From: Geobacter sp.
GTDB lineage: Bacteria; Desulfobacterota; Desulfuromonadia; Geobacterales; Pseudopelobacteraceae
Assembly: GCA_027346925.1 (NCBI GenBank)
Contig: DAIERH010000001.1
Coordinates: forward strand, 1-63,125
Length of the DNA stretch: 63,125 nt
Direction of reading: 5' to 3'
Shown here: positions 9,677-19,376 of the stretch, piece after piece
How positions within the stretch are numbered: position 1 is the first letter of the stretch
Layout: the number at the start of each line of letters is the position of its first letter
Made by a program: the position numbers and the translations under genes
The notes under the pieces: generated by a model
Told to the model about the DNA's origin: nothing
What the model saw: the letters and a program-made list of their open reading frames with translations, nothing else
Databases searched by the model: none

Positions 9677-10714
9677 ATGGATACCCAGATTTTTTTGCTC
9701 CTCGCGCAGGATGCTCTGACCAACAGCGCCATATATGTCTTGCTTGCCATGGCGACTATCCTGATCTTCGGCGTCACAAGGATTATTTTCATCCCCCAGG
9801 GTGAATTCGTTTCCTTCGGCGCCTTGACCCTGGCGATCCTGCAGAACGGTGCCGTGCCGGGGACGGTCTGGCTGATGCTGATCCTGGCGGTGGTGGCCGC
9901 CATCATGGAGGTTGTACGCCTGCTGCGGGCCGAGGCGGGGCGGGAGATCCCGACTGCCCTTGTCAAGACGCTTCTCCCCCCCCTGGCGATCGCCGGCATC
10001 GTGTATGTATGCGCCCCGCTCAAGCTCGCCCTGGGATGGCAGGTGCTCCTCTCCATCATGATAGTGACCATGCTGGGGCCGCTGATCTACCGGGTCGCCT
10101 TCCGGCCCCTCGCCGACGCCACGGTGCTGGTGCTGCTGATCGCGGCTGTCGCGGTTCACTTTGCGCTGGTGGGGCTGGGGCTGCTGTTCTTCGGTGCCGA
10201 GGGAGTACGCACCCCGGCCTTCTCCGAGGCGCAGATAGATCTGGGATTCCTGACCGTGCCGGGTCAGAACATCTGGGTCTATGCCACGAGCATAACCCTC
10301 ATCCTGCTGCTGGCGTTCTTTTTCGGCAGGACCATGTACGGCAAGGCCTTGCGGGCCGTTGCCTTCAATCGCAACGGGGCACGGCTGGTCGGTATCAGCC
10401 CCAGTCTCGCGGGAACCCTGGCCTTTGCGCTGGCCGCTGCCATCGGGTCCCTGTCGGGTGTCCTGATAGGGCCTATCACCACGATCTACTACGATTCCGG
10501 TTTTCTCGTCGGCCTCAAGGGGTTTGTCAGCGCCATCGTGGGAGGCCTGGCCAGCTATCCGGCGGCCGCGGCCGGGGCAATACTGGTGGGGGTCGTCGAA
10601 TCATATTCGTCCTTCTGGTTGAGCGCCTATAAGGATGTCATCGTGTTTACCATGATTCTGCCGGTCCTGTTGTGGCTATCGTTGAAGAGTGTTCATTTCG
10701 AGGAAGAGGAATAA
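9677..10714 (+). CDS. livH: branched-chain amino acid ABC transporter permease (LivH-like)
   Basis: 345-aa multi-TM ORF of the BPD_transp_2-type LivH family. Stop overlaps the next start (TAATG). Confidence 0.85.
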   Translation: MDTQIFLLLAQDALTNSAIYVLLAMATILIFGVTRIIFIPQGEFVSFGALTLAILQNGAVPGTVWLMLILAVVAAIMEVVRLLRAEAGREIPTALVKTLLPPLAIAGIVYVCAPLKLALGWQVLLSIMIVTMLGPLIYRVAFRPLADATVLVLLIAAVAVHFALVGLGLLFFGAEGVRTPAFSEAQIDLGFLTVPGQNIWVYATSITLILLLAFFFGRTMYGKALRAVAFNRNGARLVGISPSLAGTLAFALAAAIGSLSGVLIGPITTIYYDSGFLVGLKGFVSAIVGGLASYPAAAAGAILVGVVESYSSFWLSAYKDVIVFTMILPVLLWLSLKSVHFEEEE

Positions 10715-12468
10715 TGCACATGCGACGGATTGGATTGATACTCTTTCTGGTGCTGTTGGCGCTGCTTCCCCTGTTACCGTCTTTCTACATCACCATGGGG
10801 AGCTATATCGGCCTCTTCAGCCTGGTGGCCCTCGGCCTGGTGCTCCTGACCGGAGTGACCGGCCTGACTTCGTTCGGACAGGCCGCCTTCATGGGATTGG
10901 GGGCCTACACCAGCGCGGTGCTGACGACCATGTTTTCCATGTCCCCGTGGCTGGCGCTCCTTGTCGCCCTGGTCCTGACCATAGGGGTGGCCCTGATACT
11001 CGGCGCCGTCACCCTGCGCATGGGGGGGCATTATCTGCCGCTCGCCACAATCGCGTGGGGAATCAGCCTGTACTTCCTCTTCGGCTCACTCCCCGACCTC
11101 GGCGGGCAGACGGGTTTGAGCGATATCCCCGCATTGAGTATATTCGGCGTCGAACTCCATGATGAACGTTTCTACTACTACCTGATCTGGCTGGTTTGCC
11201 TCGCGGCGATGTGGGGCACCGTCAATCTGCTCGATTCCCGCGAGGGAAGGGCCATCCGGGCGCTCAAGAACGGGCTGTTCATGGCCGAAGCCTTCGGCGC
11301 CAGCGGGCTGCGGCTCAAGACCGTCGTATTCGTGTATTCAGCGATCCTGGCCTGTGTTTCGGGCTGGCTCTACGCCCACATGCAGCGTTTTGTCAATCCC
11401 TCGCCCTTTGGCATCAACATCGGGATCGAGTTTCTCTTTATGATCACCATCGGAGGCGCAGGCAACATCTGGGGCGCGGTGATCGGGGCAACGCTGGTGA
11501 CATTGCTCAAGACCACGCTGCAGGGGGTGCTCCCCAAGATTATCGGCCAAACCGGGAACTTCGAATCCATTGTCTTCGGGGTCATGATCATCATGGTATT
11601 GCAATGGATGCGCGGTGGCGTGTGGGTGTTTATCGAGCGCTTCCTTCCTCCCAGGCCCGACAAGCCGGCGGGAGGCTCTTCGGACCTGCCGGTGCGCTCC
11701 CAGCCCCAACGGGGAGAACCGCTATTGAAGGTTGACGCGATCCGCAAGGAGTTCGGCGGGCTTGTGGCGGTCAAGAACGTGAGCTTCGAGGTCTTTGCCG
11801 GTGAGATCGTAGGCCTTATCGGTCCCAACGGGGCGGGCAAGTCCACCACCTTCAACCTGATCAGCGGCGAGCTTCCCCGTACGGACGGGGACATCTACCT
11901 GCGCGACGAGAAGATCAGCGGGCTCAGACCGCCCAAAATAGCCAGACGGGGGCTCAGCAGGACCTTTCAGCATGTCAAGCTGATCTCAGGGATGACGGTG
12001 ATCGAAAATGTGATGCTTGGGGCTTACCTGCGCACCAGGGATGGACTTTTTTCCGCCGGACTCCGTCTGAACCGGCGTGTCGAAGAGCGGGTGGCGGCCG
12101 AGGCCGCGAAACAACTCACGCGGGTGGGGCTGGGAGACAGCATGTATGTCCCGGCAGGCAGTCTGCCGCTCGGCAAGCAGAGGATCGTCGAGATCGCCCG
12201 GGCGCTGTGCGCCGACCCCATTCTGCTGCTCCTGGACGAACCGGCGGCCGGCCTCAGGTACAAGGAAAAACAAGAGTTGGCCAAGCTGCTGGAAAACCTG
12301 CGCAGCGAGGGGCTGTCCGTGTTGATTGTCGAACACGACATGGAATTCCTGATGAATCTTGTGGACCGGATCGTGGTCATGGAGTTCGGGAGAAAGCTGG
12401 CGGAAGGCCTGCCGCACGAGATCCGCTCCAACCCGGAGGTTCTCGAAGCGTATCTGGGGGGTGTGTGA
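10714..12468 (+). CDS. fused LivM-type permease / LivG-type ATPase
   Basis: N-terminal about 330 aa are hydrophobic and LivM-like. C-terminal half has Walker A GPNGAGKST, signature LPLGKQRIVEIARAL and Walker B LLLLDEP. ATG at 10714. Confidence 0.85.
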   Translation: MHMRRIGLILFLVLLALLPLLPSFYITMGSYIGLFSLVALGLVLLTGVTGLTSFGQAAFMGLGAYTSAVLTTMFSMSPWLALLVALVLTIGVALILGAVTLRMGGHYLPLATIAWGISLYFLFGSLPDLGGQTGLSDIPALSIFGVELHDERFYYYLIWLVCLAAMWGTVNLLDSREGRAIRALKNGLFMAEAFGASGLRLKTVVFVYSAILACVSGWLYAHMQRFVNPSPFGINIGIEFLFMITIGGAGNIWGAVIGATLVTLLKTTLQGVLPKIIGQTGNFESIVFGVMIIMVLQWMRGGVWVFIERFLPPRPDKPAGGSSDLPVRSQPQRGEPLLKVDAIRKEFGGLVAVKNVSFEVFAGEIVGLIGPNGAGKSTTFNLISGELPRTDGDIYLRDEKISGLRPPKIARRGLSRTFQHVKLISGMTVIENVMLGAYLRTRDGLFSAGLRLNRRVEERVAAEAAKQLTRVGLGDSMYVPAGSLPLGKQRIVEIARALCADPILLLLDEPAAGLRYKEKQELAKLLENLRSEGLSVLIVEHDMEFLMNLVDRIVVMEFGRKLAEGLPHEIRSNPEVLEAYLGGV

Positions 12469-13214
12469 TGTCGGAACGTTTGCTCACGGTGCGTGACCTC
12501 AATGTCCGCTACGGAAAGGTGGAGGCCATATATCGGGCATCCTTGAACGTCGACCGGGGGACCATCGTCAGTGTCATCGGCCCCAATGGCGCCGGCAAGA
12601 CAACGTTGCTGAATGCCATCATGGGGGTCATCCCGTCAAAGGGGACCATCGACTTTTGCGGCGCGGATATCGGCAGGACCATCACCGAACAAAGGGTTGC
12701 CAAGGGGATGTGCCTGGTCCCGGAGACCCGTGAACTCTTCTCGCAGATGTCGGTGGCGGACAACCTGGAGCTCGGGGCATTCACCCGTTATCGCCGGGGT
12801 GACAAGGGGATCAGGCAAAGCCTCGACATGGTATACGAGCTCTTCCCGCGATTACTGGAGCGGCGCGGCCAACTGGCCGGCAGTCTCTCCGGCGGCGAAC
12901 GGCAGATGCTCGCACTGGGAAGAGCCCTGATGAGCCAACCGACCCTGTTGATGCTCGATGAACCGAGTCTGGGGCTGGCGCCGCTCATTGTCAGGGAGAT
13001 CCTCCACAATATCAGCAATCTGCGCACCACCGGCGTCAGCATCTTGCTCATAGAGCAGAACGCGCGTGCCGCGCTGCAGATCTCCGATTACGGGTATGTG
13101 CTGGAAAACGGCGACATCGCAATGGAGGGGCCGAGCCGGGAACTCGCCAGCGACCCGAAAGTCATCGAAAGCTACCTCGGCATGGGGGTATCCGGACACG
13201 ACAAGGACTCATAG
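12468..13214 (+). CDS. livF: branched-chain amino acid ABC transporter ATP-binding protein (LivF-like)
   Basis: MSERLLTVRDLNVRYG, Walker A GPNGAGKTT, LSGGERQML, LLMLDEPS. The ATG overlaps the upstream stop (GTGATG). Confidence 0.85.
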   Translation: MSERLLTVRDLNVRYGKVEAIYRASLNVDRGTIVSVIGPNGAGKTTLLNAIMGVIPSKGTIDFCGADIGRTITEQRVAKGMCLVPETRELFSQMSVADNLELGAFTRYRRGDKGIRQSLDMVYELFPRLLERRGQLAGSLSGGERQMLALGRALMSQPTLLMLDEPSLGLAPLIVREILHNISNLRTTGVSILLIEQNARAALQISDYGYVLENGDIAMEGPSRELASDPKVIESYLGMGVSGHDKDS

Positions 13215-13255
13215 CCCTGAATGTACCGCCAGGACTCAGAAACCCACCGAAAGGA

Positions 13256-14419
13256 ATGCATCCAATGAAAAAAGCGGCATTAGTGACGGCATCATTCGCG
13301 ACTTTCTTCTGTTCGACCGTCGCCATGGCAGATATCACGATCGGCGTCAACCTCTCGACGACCGGCCCTGCCGCATCCCTGGGAATTCCCGAAAAGAACG
13401 CCCTCTCTTTTGCCCCCAAGACCATAGCCGGCCAGAAGGTCAGGTACGTTGTGTATGATGATGCCTCCGACACCACCAATGCGGTGCAGAACGTGAAACG
13501 GCTCGTGTCGGAGAACAGGGTTGACCTGATCCTGGGCCCAACCACGACCCCGACCTCACTGGCGGTGGTGGATGTGGCCGCTGACGCCAAGACCCCCATG
13601 CTCGCCGTGGCCTCGGCCAGCGCGATTGCCAGCCCGGTGGATGCAAAACGGAGATGGGTCTTCAAGGTTACCGCCAATGACGACATCTACGCATCGGCCA
13701 TGGTCGCCCATATGGTCAAAAAAGGGGTCAAGAAGGTTGCGGTGATCGCCACGGACGACCCCTATGGCGAGGCCAATACCAAGGAATACATGAAGATTGC
13801 CCAAAAATACGGCATCAAGACGCTCACCATCGAGAAATTCAAGAAGACCGATACCAGCGTGACGGCCCAGGTGTTGAAGGCCATGGGCGGCAAGCCTGAC
13901 GCTGTCTTCATCGTCGCCGTGGGTACGCCGGCGGCGATGCCCCATGTGACGCTGGTCGAGCACGGCTTCAGGGGCAAGATCTACCAGACCGGCGGCGCGG
14001 CCAACGCCGACTTCCTCCGGGTGGGTGGAAAATCGGTGGAGGGGGCCTTCCTGCCGGCATCACCGGTGCTGGTGGCGGAACAGCTCCCGAAGGGCTACCC
14101 GACAAAAGACGAGGCCCTCAGGTTTGTCAGGGCATATGAAGGTAAATTCGGCCCACGTTCCACCTTCGCCTCCCATGTCTGGGATGCCGTGAAGGTCATA
14201 GAGGCGGCGGTACCCAAGGCCCTGAAGACCGCCAGGCCGGGAACTCCCCAGTTTCGGGAGGCGTTGCGTCGCGCAATCGAGGAAACCAAGGGGTTGAAGG
14301 GCGCAGGTGCGGTCTTCACGTTGTCGGCCAGCGACCACTCGGGTGTGAACCACTTAGGCATGTCCGTGCTCAGGATCGACAAGGGCACGTGGAAACTGGA
14401 GGACTATGCCAGGTTTTGA
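13256..14419 (+). CDS. ABC transporter substrate-binding protein (LivK/Peripla_BP_6-like), paralog 1
   Basis: Signal peptide, then ADITIGVNLSTTGPAASLGIPEKNA. Type I periplasmic binding fold signature. Confidence 0.85.
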   Translation: MHPMKKAALVTASFATFFCSTVAMADITIGVNLSTTGPAASLGIPEKNALSFAPKTIAGQKVRYVVYDDASDTTNAVQNVKRLVSENRVDLILGPTTTPTSLAVVDVAADAKTPMLAVASASAIASPVDAKRRWVFKVTANDDIYASAMVAHMVKKGVKKVAVIATDDPYGEANTKEYMKIAQKYGIKTLTIEKFKKTDTSVTAQVLKAMGGKPDAVFIVAVGTPAAMPHVTLVEHGFRGKIYQTGGAANADFLRVGGKSVEGAFLPASPVLVAEQLPKGYPTKDEALRFVRAYEGKFGPRSTFASHVWDAVKVIEAAVPKALKTARPGTPQFREALRRAIEETKGLKGAGAVFTLSASDHSGVNHLGMSVLRIDKGTWKLEDYARF

Positions 14420-14550
14420 GTAAAGGCCCGGACTCATGGTGCCCGGCGAATCTGTCCGGGTGCATGGGGCGAGACAGGGGGCCCAGGTGCAGATTCAGGT
14501 ATGGGAAGTGTTTTTCGCATCGTTTGCGGGCAACCAACGAAAGGAGAAGT

Positions 14551-15711
14551 ATGATGAAAAAATGGACCGTAGTGCTAGGAGTACTCTCAGTCATTTCATC
14601 GGCAACCGTGGCCTTGGCAGACATCACGATCGGTGTGAACATCTCTACGACGGGACCGGCGGCTTCCCTTGGCATCCCCCAGAAAAACGTCCTGGAACTG
14701 GCGCCCAAGACCATTGCCGGACAAAGGGTCAGGTACGTCATCTATGATGACGCCACGGATACCACCACTGCGGTGCAGAACGTAAAAAGACTTATCAGCG
14801 ACGACAAGGTGGACCTGATCATCGGGCCGAGCACGACCCCGACCACCCTGTCGGTAGTGGATGTGGCCACGGAAGCCAAGACCCCCATGCTGTCGCTGGC
14901 TTCGGCGAGCCCCATCGTCAGCCCGCCCGAAAAGAGGAAGTGGATCTTCAAGGTAACGGCAAACGACGAGATAACCGCCGCCGCCATGGTGAACCATATG
15001 GTCAAGAACAAGGTCAAGACGGTTTCGATAATCGCTACCGATGACCCCTACGGCGAGGCCAACACCAAGGAATTTATGAAATTAGCCGGCAAGAGCGGCA
15101 TCAAGACGCTCTCGGTTGAAAAGTTCAAGAAAAGCGACACCAGCGCCACCGCGCAGATACTGAAGGTGATGAGCGGGAGACCGGACGCCGTCTACATAGT
15201 CGCCGCCGGTACCCCTTCCGCCATGCCGCACGTGGGGCTGGTCGAGCGCGGTTACAAGGGTAGGGTGTACCAGTCCCACGGCGCTGCCAACTCGGAATTT
15301 CTGAAGGTCGGCGGAAAAGCCCTGGAAGGCGCTTTTCTCCCCTGTTCGCCGGTTCTGGTAGCCGAACAGCTTCCCAAGTGGTTTCCCAACAGGAGTGAAT
15401 CGATCAAGTTTGCAAGGGCCTATGAAGGAAAATTCGGACCCCGTTCGACTTTTGCATCACATATGTGGGACGCCCTGAGGATCCTGGAGCTTACGATTCC
15501 GAAAGCCCTCAAGGCCGGCAAACCCGGGACCCCCCAGTTCCGGGAGGCGCTTCGCAACGCCATCGAAGAGACCAAAGGCTACAAAGGCGCCTATGCGGTA
15601 TTCAACATGACGCCTGCTAATCACTCGGGCGTTGACGTGACCGGGATCGCCATGCTAAAGATCGAACACGGCAAATGGAAGCTGGATGACTTCTACTCCA
15701 GAGGCAAATAA
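14551..15711 (+). CDS. ABC transporter substrate-binding protein, paralog 2
   Basis: MMKKWTVVLGVLSVISSATVALADITIGVNISTTGPAASLGIP. ATG at 14551 follows AAGGAG. About 70% identical by eye to paralog 1. Confidence 0.85.
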   Translation: MMKKWTVVLGVLSVISSATVALADITIGVNISTTGPAASLGIPQKNVLELAPKTIAGQRVRYVIYDDATDTTTAVQNVKRLISDDKVDLIIGPSTTPTTLSVVDVATEAKTPMLSLASASPIVSPPEKRKWIFKVTANDEITAAAMVNHMVKNKVKTVSIIATDDPYGEANTKEFMKLAGKSGIKTLSVEKFKKSDTSATAQILKVMSGRPDAVYIVAAGTPSAMPHVGLVERGYKGRVYQSHGAANSEFLKVGGKALEGAFLPCSPVLVAEQLPKWFPNRSESIKFARAYEGKFGPRSTFASHMWDALRILELTIPKALKAGKPGTPQFREALRNAIEETKGYKGAYAVFNMTPANHSGVDVTGIAMLKIEHGKWKLDDFYSRGK

Positions 15712-15789
15712 ACGCTGGCGAAGGGCATCGGAACAGCCACTTCCGCGCGCCGAAAATCAAGAGCCAGGTTGGCATGCGGCGTGGGGTGA

Positions 15790-16962
15790 ATGGGAGCACA
15801 AGTGAAAAACATACGATCCTGGATTGCCGCACTCCTGATTGTTTCGATGCCCTCCGCGGTGTTTGGCGCCATCACCATAGGCGTGAACATTTCCACTACC
15901 GGGGCGCTCGCATCCCTGGGTATCCCGAACAAAAATGCCCTGCAACTGGCTCCGAAGGTCATTGCCGGGCAGAAGATCAATTATGTCGTACTCGACGATG
16001 GATCGGACACCACGACCGCGGTACAGAACGTAAAGCGACTCGTCACAAAGGACAAGATCGACATCCTGCTGGGACCGAGCGTTACCCCTACGACCCTGGC
16101 GGTGATCGAAACCATGGCGGAGTCCAAGACCCCGCTCATCAGCTACGGCTCTGCCAGCGCCATCGTGTCCCCTATGGACGCAAAGCGCAGGTGGGTATTC
16201 AAAACAACGCCCAACGATGAAGTGTATGCACGGGCGATGGTCAATCACATGGTGAAGCACCATGTGAAAACCATCGCGCTGATAGCCGTGGACGACCCCT
16301 ACGGCGAGAGCTGGGTGGCGGTCATCAGGGAGCTTGCCGCCGCCCGCCGCATAACGATAACCGATGTCGAGAAATTTCAGAAACGGGATACCAGCGCGAC
16401 CTCACAGGCCCTGAAGGCGATGAAGGGCAACCCGGACGCCATCCTCGTGATTGCAGCGGGGACACCGGCGGTTATGCCCCATCGGGCAGTCGTGGAGCAC
16501 GGCTACAAAGGGAAGATCTATCAGACCGGCGGCGCCGCGAATGCGGACTTCCTGAGAGTCGGGGGCAAGAGTGTCGAGGGCGCCTATTTGCCGGCCCCGC
16601 CGGTCATCGTTGCCGAAGAATTGCCGGACGGGTATCCGACAAAGAAAACGGCCCTCGAATTTTTGAAATTGTACGAAGGCACATATGGCCCCGGTTCCCG
16701 TTCGACATTCGCAGGTCATATGTGGGATGCGGTCAAGCTCCTAGAGTATGCGATACCGGTTGCCCTGAAGAAGGCCAAACCCGGTACCGAGCAGTTCCGT
16801 GAGGCGCTCCGGTCGGCGCTGGAGAACTGCAAGGGGGTTAAAGGGGTGTCCGCGCTCTACAGTATGTCCGCCGCGGATCACTCGGGTATCGATCAACTGG
16901 GCGTCGTCATGATACGGATAGAAAAAGGGCGCTGGAAGCTGGATGACCACGCCAGGTTCTAA
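15790..16962 (+). CDS. ABC transporter substrate-binding protein, paralog 3
   Basis: Signal peptide, then AITIGVNISTTGALASLGIPNKNA. Collinear with paralogs 1 and 2. Confidence 0.85.
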   Translation: MGAQVKNIRSWIAALLIVSMPSAVFGAITIGVNISTTGALASLGIPNKNALQLAPKVIAGQKINYVVLDDGSDTTTAVQNVKRLVTKDKIDILLGPSVTPTTLAVIETMAESKTPLISYGSASAIVSPMDAKRRWVFKTTPNDEVYARAMVNHMVKHHVKTIALIAVDDPYGESWVAVIRELAAARRITITDVEKFQKRDTSATSQALKAMKGNPDAILVIAAGTPAVMPHRAVVEHGYKGKIYQTGGAANADFLRVGGKSVEGAYLPAPPVIVAEELPDGYPTKKTALEFLKLYEGTYGPGSRSTFAGHMWDAVKLLEYAIPVALKKAKPGTEQFREALRSALENCKGVKGVSALYSMSAADHSGIDQLGVVMIRIEKGRWKLDDHARF

Positions 16963-17026
16963 CTTTGCTCGTGTGGCCTGACAAAGATTCATGCATGTGT
17001 ACGATGGAGACGGTAAGGAGTCATCA

Positions 17027-17839
17027 ATGAATTACAGGGACATACTTGTTCATATCGACTGTGCTGAGCGTTGCGACAGCAGGCTGGACCTGGCAATCTC
17101 CATTGCACGGCGGCATAAGGCGTTACTCACGGGAATCAGTGTCATTACCCATGCCTATTTCGCACCCATCGATGAGAACGAAAAACAGCGGCAGGCGGCA
17201 GCCGAGCAGTTGTTTCGGCAAAAATGCGCCGCGGCAGGCATCGAGAACGAATGGCTGGGCATTGACTGGCCGGTCGTCGGTACGACGACGGCGGAGATTC
17301 TCAACGCCTATAGTCACGCAAAAGATTTGATCATTATCGGTCAGGCGGAGGGGAAGGAGAAGGGAGTCAGTGATCTCTCCGATCTCCCCGAACGGCTCAT
17401 TCTCGGATCAGGGCGTCCGGTAGTGGTGGTGCCGTTCACCGGGGAATTCAAGTCCGTCGGGGAGCGTGTCATCCTGGCCTGGAGATCCGGAAGGGCCTCG
17501 GCCCGGGCAGTCCACGACGCCATACCGCTCCTGCTGAATGCCGGGCAGATCAATCTGCTGGCGATAAGGCCGATCGGCGAGAAAAAACCTGTGGAAATTG
17601 TCAGGCAATCGGACATCTGTTCACATCTGGAACGCTACGGCATCAACGTGAAAGAGGAGAATCTCGTCACGGGCGATATCTCCATAGCCAACATCCTGAT
17701 GAACTACGCCTGGGAAAACGGCTGCGATCTCATCGTCATGGGAGCCTACTCGCAGAACCCGCGCGGGACGCATAACATCGGTCCCGTTGCCGAATACCTG
17801 CTGGAGCATATGACCCTTCCCATATTGTTTTCGCATTGA
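17027..17839 (+). CDS. universal stress protein, tandem USP domains
   Basis: MNYRDILVHIDCAERC... and C-terminal CDLIVMGAYSQNPRGTHNIGPVAEYLL. ATG at 17027 follows GGTAAGGAG. Confidence 0.8.
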   Translation: MNYRDILVHIDCAERCDSRLDLAISIARRHKALLTGISVITHAYFAPIDENEKQRQAAAEQLFRQKCAAAGIENEWLGIDWPVVGTTTAEILNAYSHAKDLIIIGQAEGKEKGVSDLSDLPERLILGSGRPVVVVPFTGEFKSVGERVILAWRSGRASARAVHDAIPLLLNAGQINLLAIRPIGEKKPVEIVRQSDICSHLERYGINVKEENLVTGDISIANILMNYAWENGCDLIVMGAYSQNPRGTHNIGPVAEYLLEHMTLPILFSH

Positions 17840-18128
17840 TGTCACCACCGATACCACCCGGATGGTGGTGCTTGGTTGGATATAGAATTTGCATAGCCGG
17901 CGCAATAACAAGCTTCTGCACTGTTTGTATGCGCCGCATTGCTTCCCTCTTTTTGACCTTCTTTTCGTATGCCATTCCGCTGACACCGTTGAGTGCCGCA
18001 TGATTTGACCACTCAACGCCTCCGGCGATTTCGGCTTTGTGCGCTGTTTGCATCCCCAAGCTGTCCGACGAGCTACACCATGGCAGACCGTTGTCGGCAA
18101 TGCCTGCGCCGTGGAGCACTTTGCTGCG

Positions 18129-18566
18129 ATGAACGATGAAGTGAATCATACGATGAAACCATGTGACCCCGCACCTGGGGCGTTCTCGCTCCTTTACGTG
18201 GAGGATGACGAGTTTACCAGAAAAATAACCTGCAAGCTGATCTCCCTGGGTTTCCCGGAACTCGTTATTTATCAAGCTGAAAACGGTAAGGTGGGGCTGG
18301 AGCTCTTCAAAGAGCATCGACCGGACATCGTCATCAGCGACATCAACATGCCGGTCATGAACGGCATCCAGATGGCCAGGGAGATCAGAGAGATATCTCC
18401 CCATGCCACCGTGATCATCGTCACCGCCCATAGCGATAAAAAGTATCTCGACGACATCGGCAACATGGGTATTGTTCATTGTGTCGTAAAACCGATAGAC
18501 CACAAGAAGCTGTTCGAGGTGATTGGAGCCTGTTGCACTGCCATCGGCATGGCGCTGCACCAGTGA
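18129..18566 (+). CDS. single-domain response regulator (CheY-like receiver)
   Basis: LLYVEDDEF, ISDINMPVMNG, IIVTAH, VVKP. Start uncertain: GTG 18039, ATG 18129 or ATG 18153. Confidence 0.75.
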   Translation: MNDEVNHTMKPCDPAPGAFSLLYVEDDEFTRKITCKLISLGFPELVIYQAENGKVGLELFKEHRPDIVISDINMPVMNGIQMAREIREISPHATVIIVTAHSDKKYLDDIGNMGIVHCVVKPIDHKKLFEVIGACCTAIGMALHQ

Positions 18567-18734
18567 CCGGTGCTTACGGCCGGCCGAACGGCGCGGGCGA
18601 CACATCCAACCGGGCATCATCACTTGTTTTTTCTTGCCCATTTTTCAGATTATGGTACACCTAGGGCGCCAGGAGATCCAACTCTCCTGGATCGGAGAAC
18701 CGATGAAGTCCACATTTTATTCCGGGAGTTGGCC

Positions 18735-19145
18735 ATGAGATGTTTGGTCGTTGAAGACGATGATTTCGGGCGGGAGATGGTAACGTGCATTCTCTCGGAA
18801 TACGCAGAGGTCGTCGATACCGCCAGGGATGGCGCCGAAGGGCTGCAGCAGTTTGTCCGGGCGGCACACGAGGGACGGCCCTACCGGCTGATCTGCCTCG
18901 ATATCATGATGCCGGTCATGGACGGACAGGAAGCCCTCAGGCGCATGCGGCATTTCGAAAAAGAGTCCGGAATTCCCAGCTCCCAGGCGGCGGTCATCAT
19001 CATGACAACCGCCCTGGATTCCCTTGAGGAAATCCAGAGCGCCATATGGCAGGGCGAATGCAATGACTATATGGTCAAGCCGATCTCACAGGCCGATCTG
19101 CTGGCGCTGCTGAACAAGTACAAGCTGATCGCGCCCTCCCCTTGA
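18735..19145 (+). CDS. single-domain response regulator (CheY-like receiver)
   Basis: MRCLVVEDDDFGREM, CLDIMMPVMDG, IMTTA, MVKP. Inside track ORF 18570..19145. Confidence 0.8.
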   Translation: MRCLVVEDDDFGREMVTCILSEYAEVVDTARDGAEGLQQFVRAAHEGRPYRLICLDIMMPVMDGQEALRRMRHFEKESGIPSSQAAVIIMTTALDSLEEIQSAIWQGECNDYMVKPISQADLLALLNKYKLIAPSP

Positions 19146-19177
19146 ACCGCACCTGCCGATCATCGTTCCCCAACAAA

Positions 19178-19204
19178 AAAGGCCTGATATCCAGGTCTTT
19201 TTTG
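19178..19204 (+). terminator. intrinsic terminator candidate
   Basis: AAAGGCCTG-ATATC-CAGGTCTTT (9 bp, one G-U) followed by TTTT. Confidence 0.6.
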
Positions 19205-19376
19205 TTATGGCCGTGTTTATTCCCGCCAAGTACCCCTCTCCAAGGGACGTGGAGGGGTGTCAGCAAAACTTTTGGAGACATTTCCCGCTCATTTGCATAC
19301 AATCGGTTCCCGATCGGCACAAGCCGCGAAAGCGGGGATGGTCGTACGCGGATATTCTCATCGGAATGGACAGCCC

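Noticed and set aside
17929-18003. 24-codon hydrophobic ORF MRRIASLFLTFFSYAIPLTPLSAA in the AT-richer gap (type I toxin-like?)
   Set aside because: It has no Shine-Dalgarno, no recognisable promoter or antisense RNA features, and is too short to evaluate without conservation data.
17736-18641. 301-aa minus-strand ORF, and 17621..18100 (159 aa), spanning the USP/receiver gap
   Set aside because: They are largely antisense to the receiver gene or the USP 3' end. The part inside the gap (…AEIAGGVEWSNHAALNGVSGMAYEKKVKKREAMRRIQ…) resembled no family I could place. It might be a gene remnant, but I cannot support that.
18653-18667. Sigma54-type promoter TGGTACACCTAGGGC upstream of the second receiver gene
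   Set aside because: The GG-N10-GC spacing fits, but the -12 element is GGGC rather than TTGC. That is too weak to call. A second look-alike, TGGATATAGAATTTGCA at 17876-17892, has the wrong spacing.
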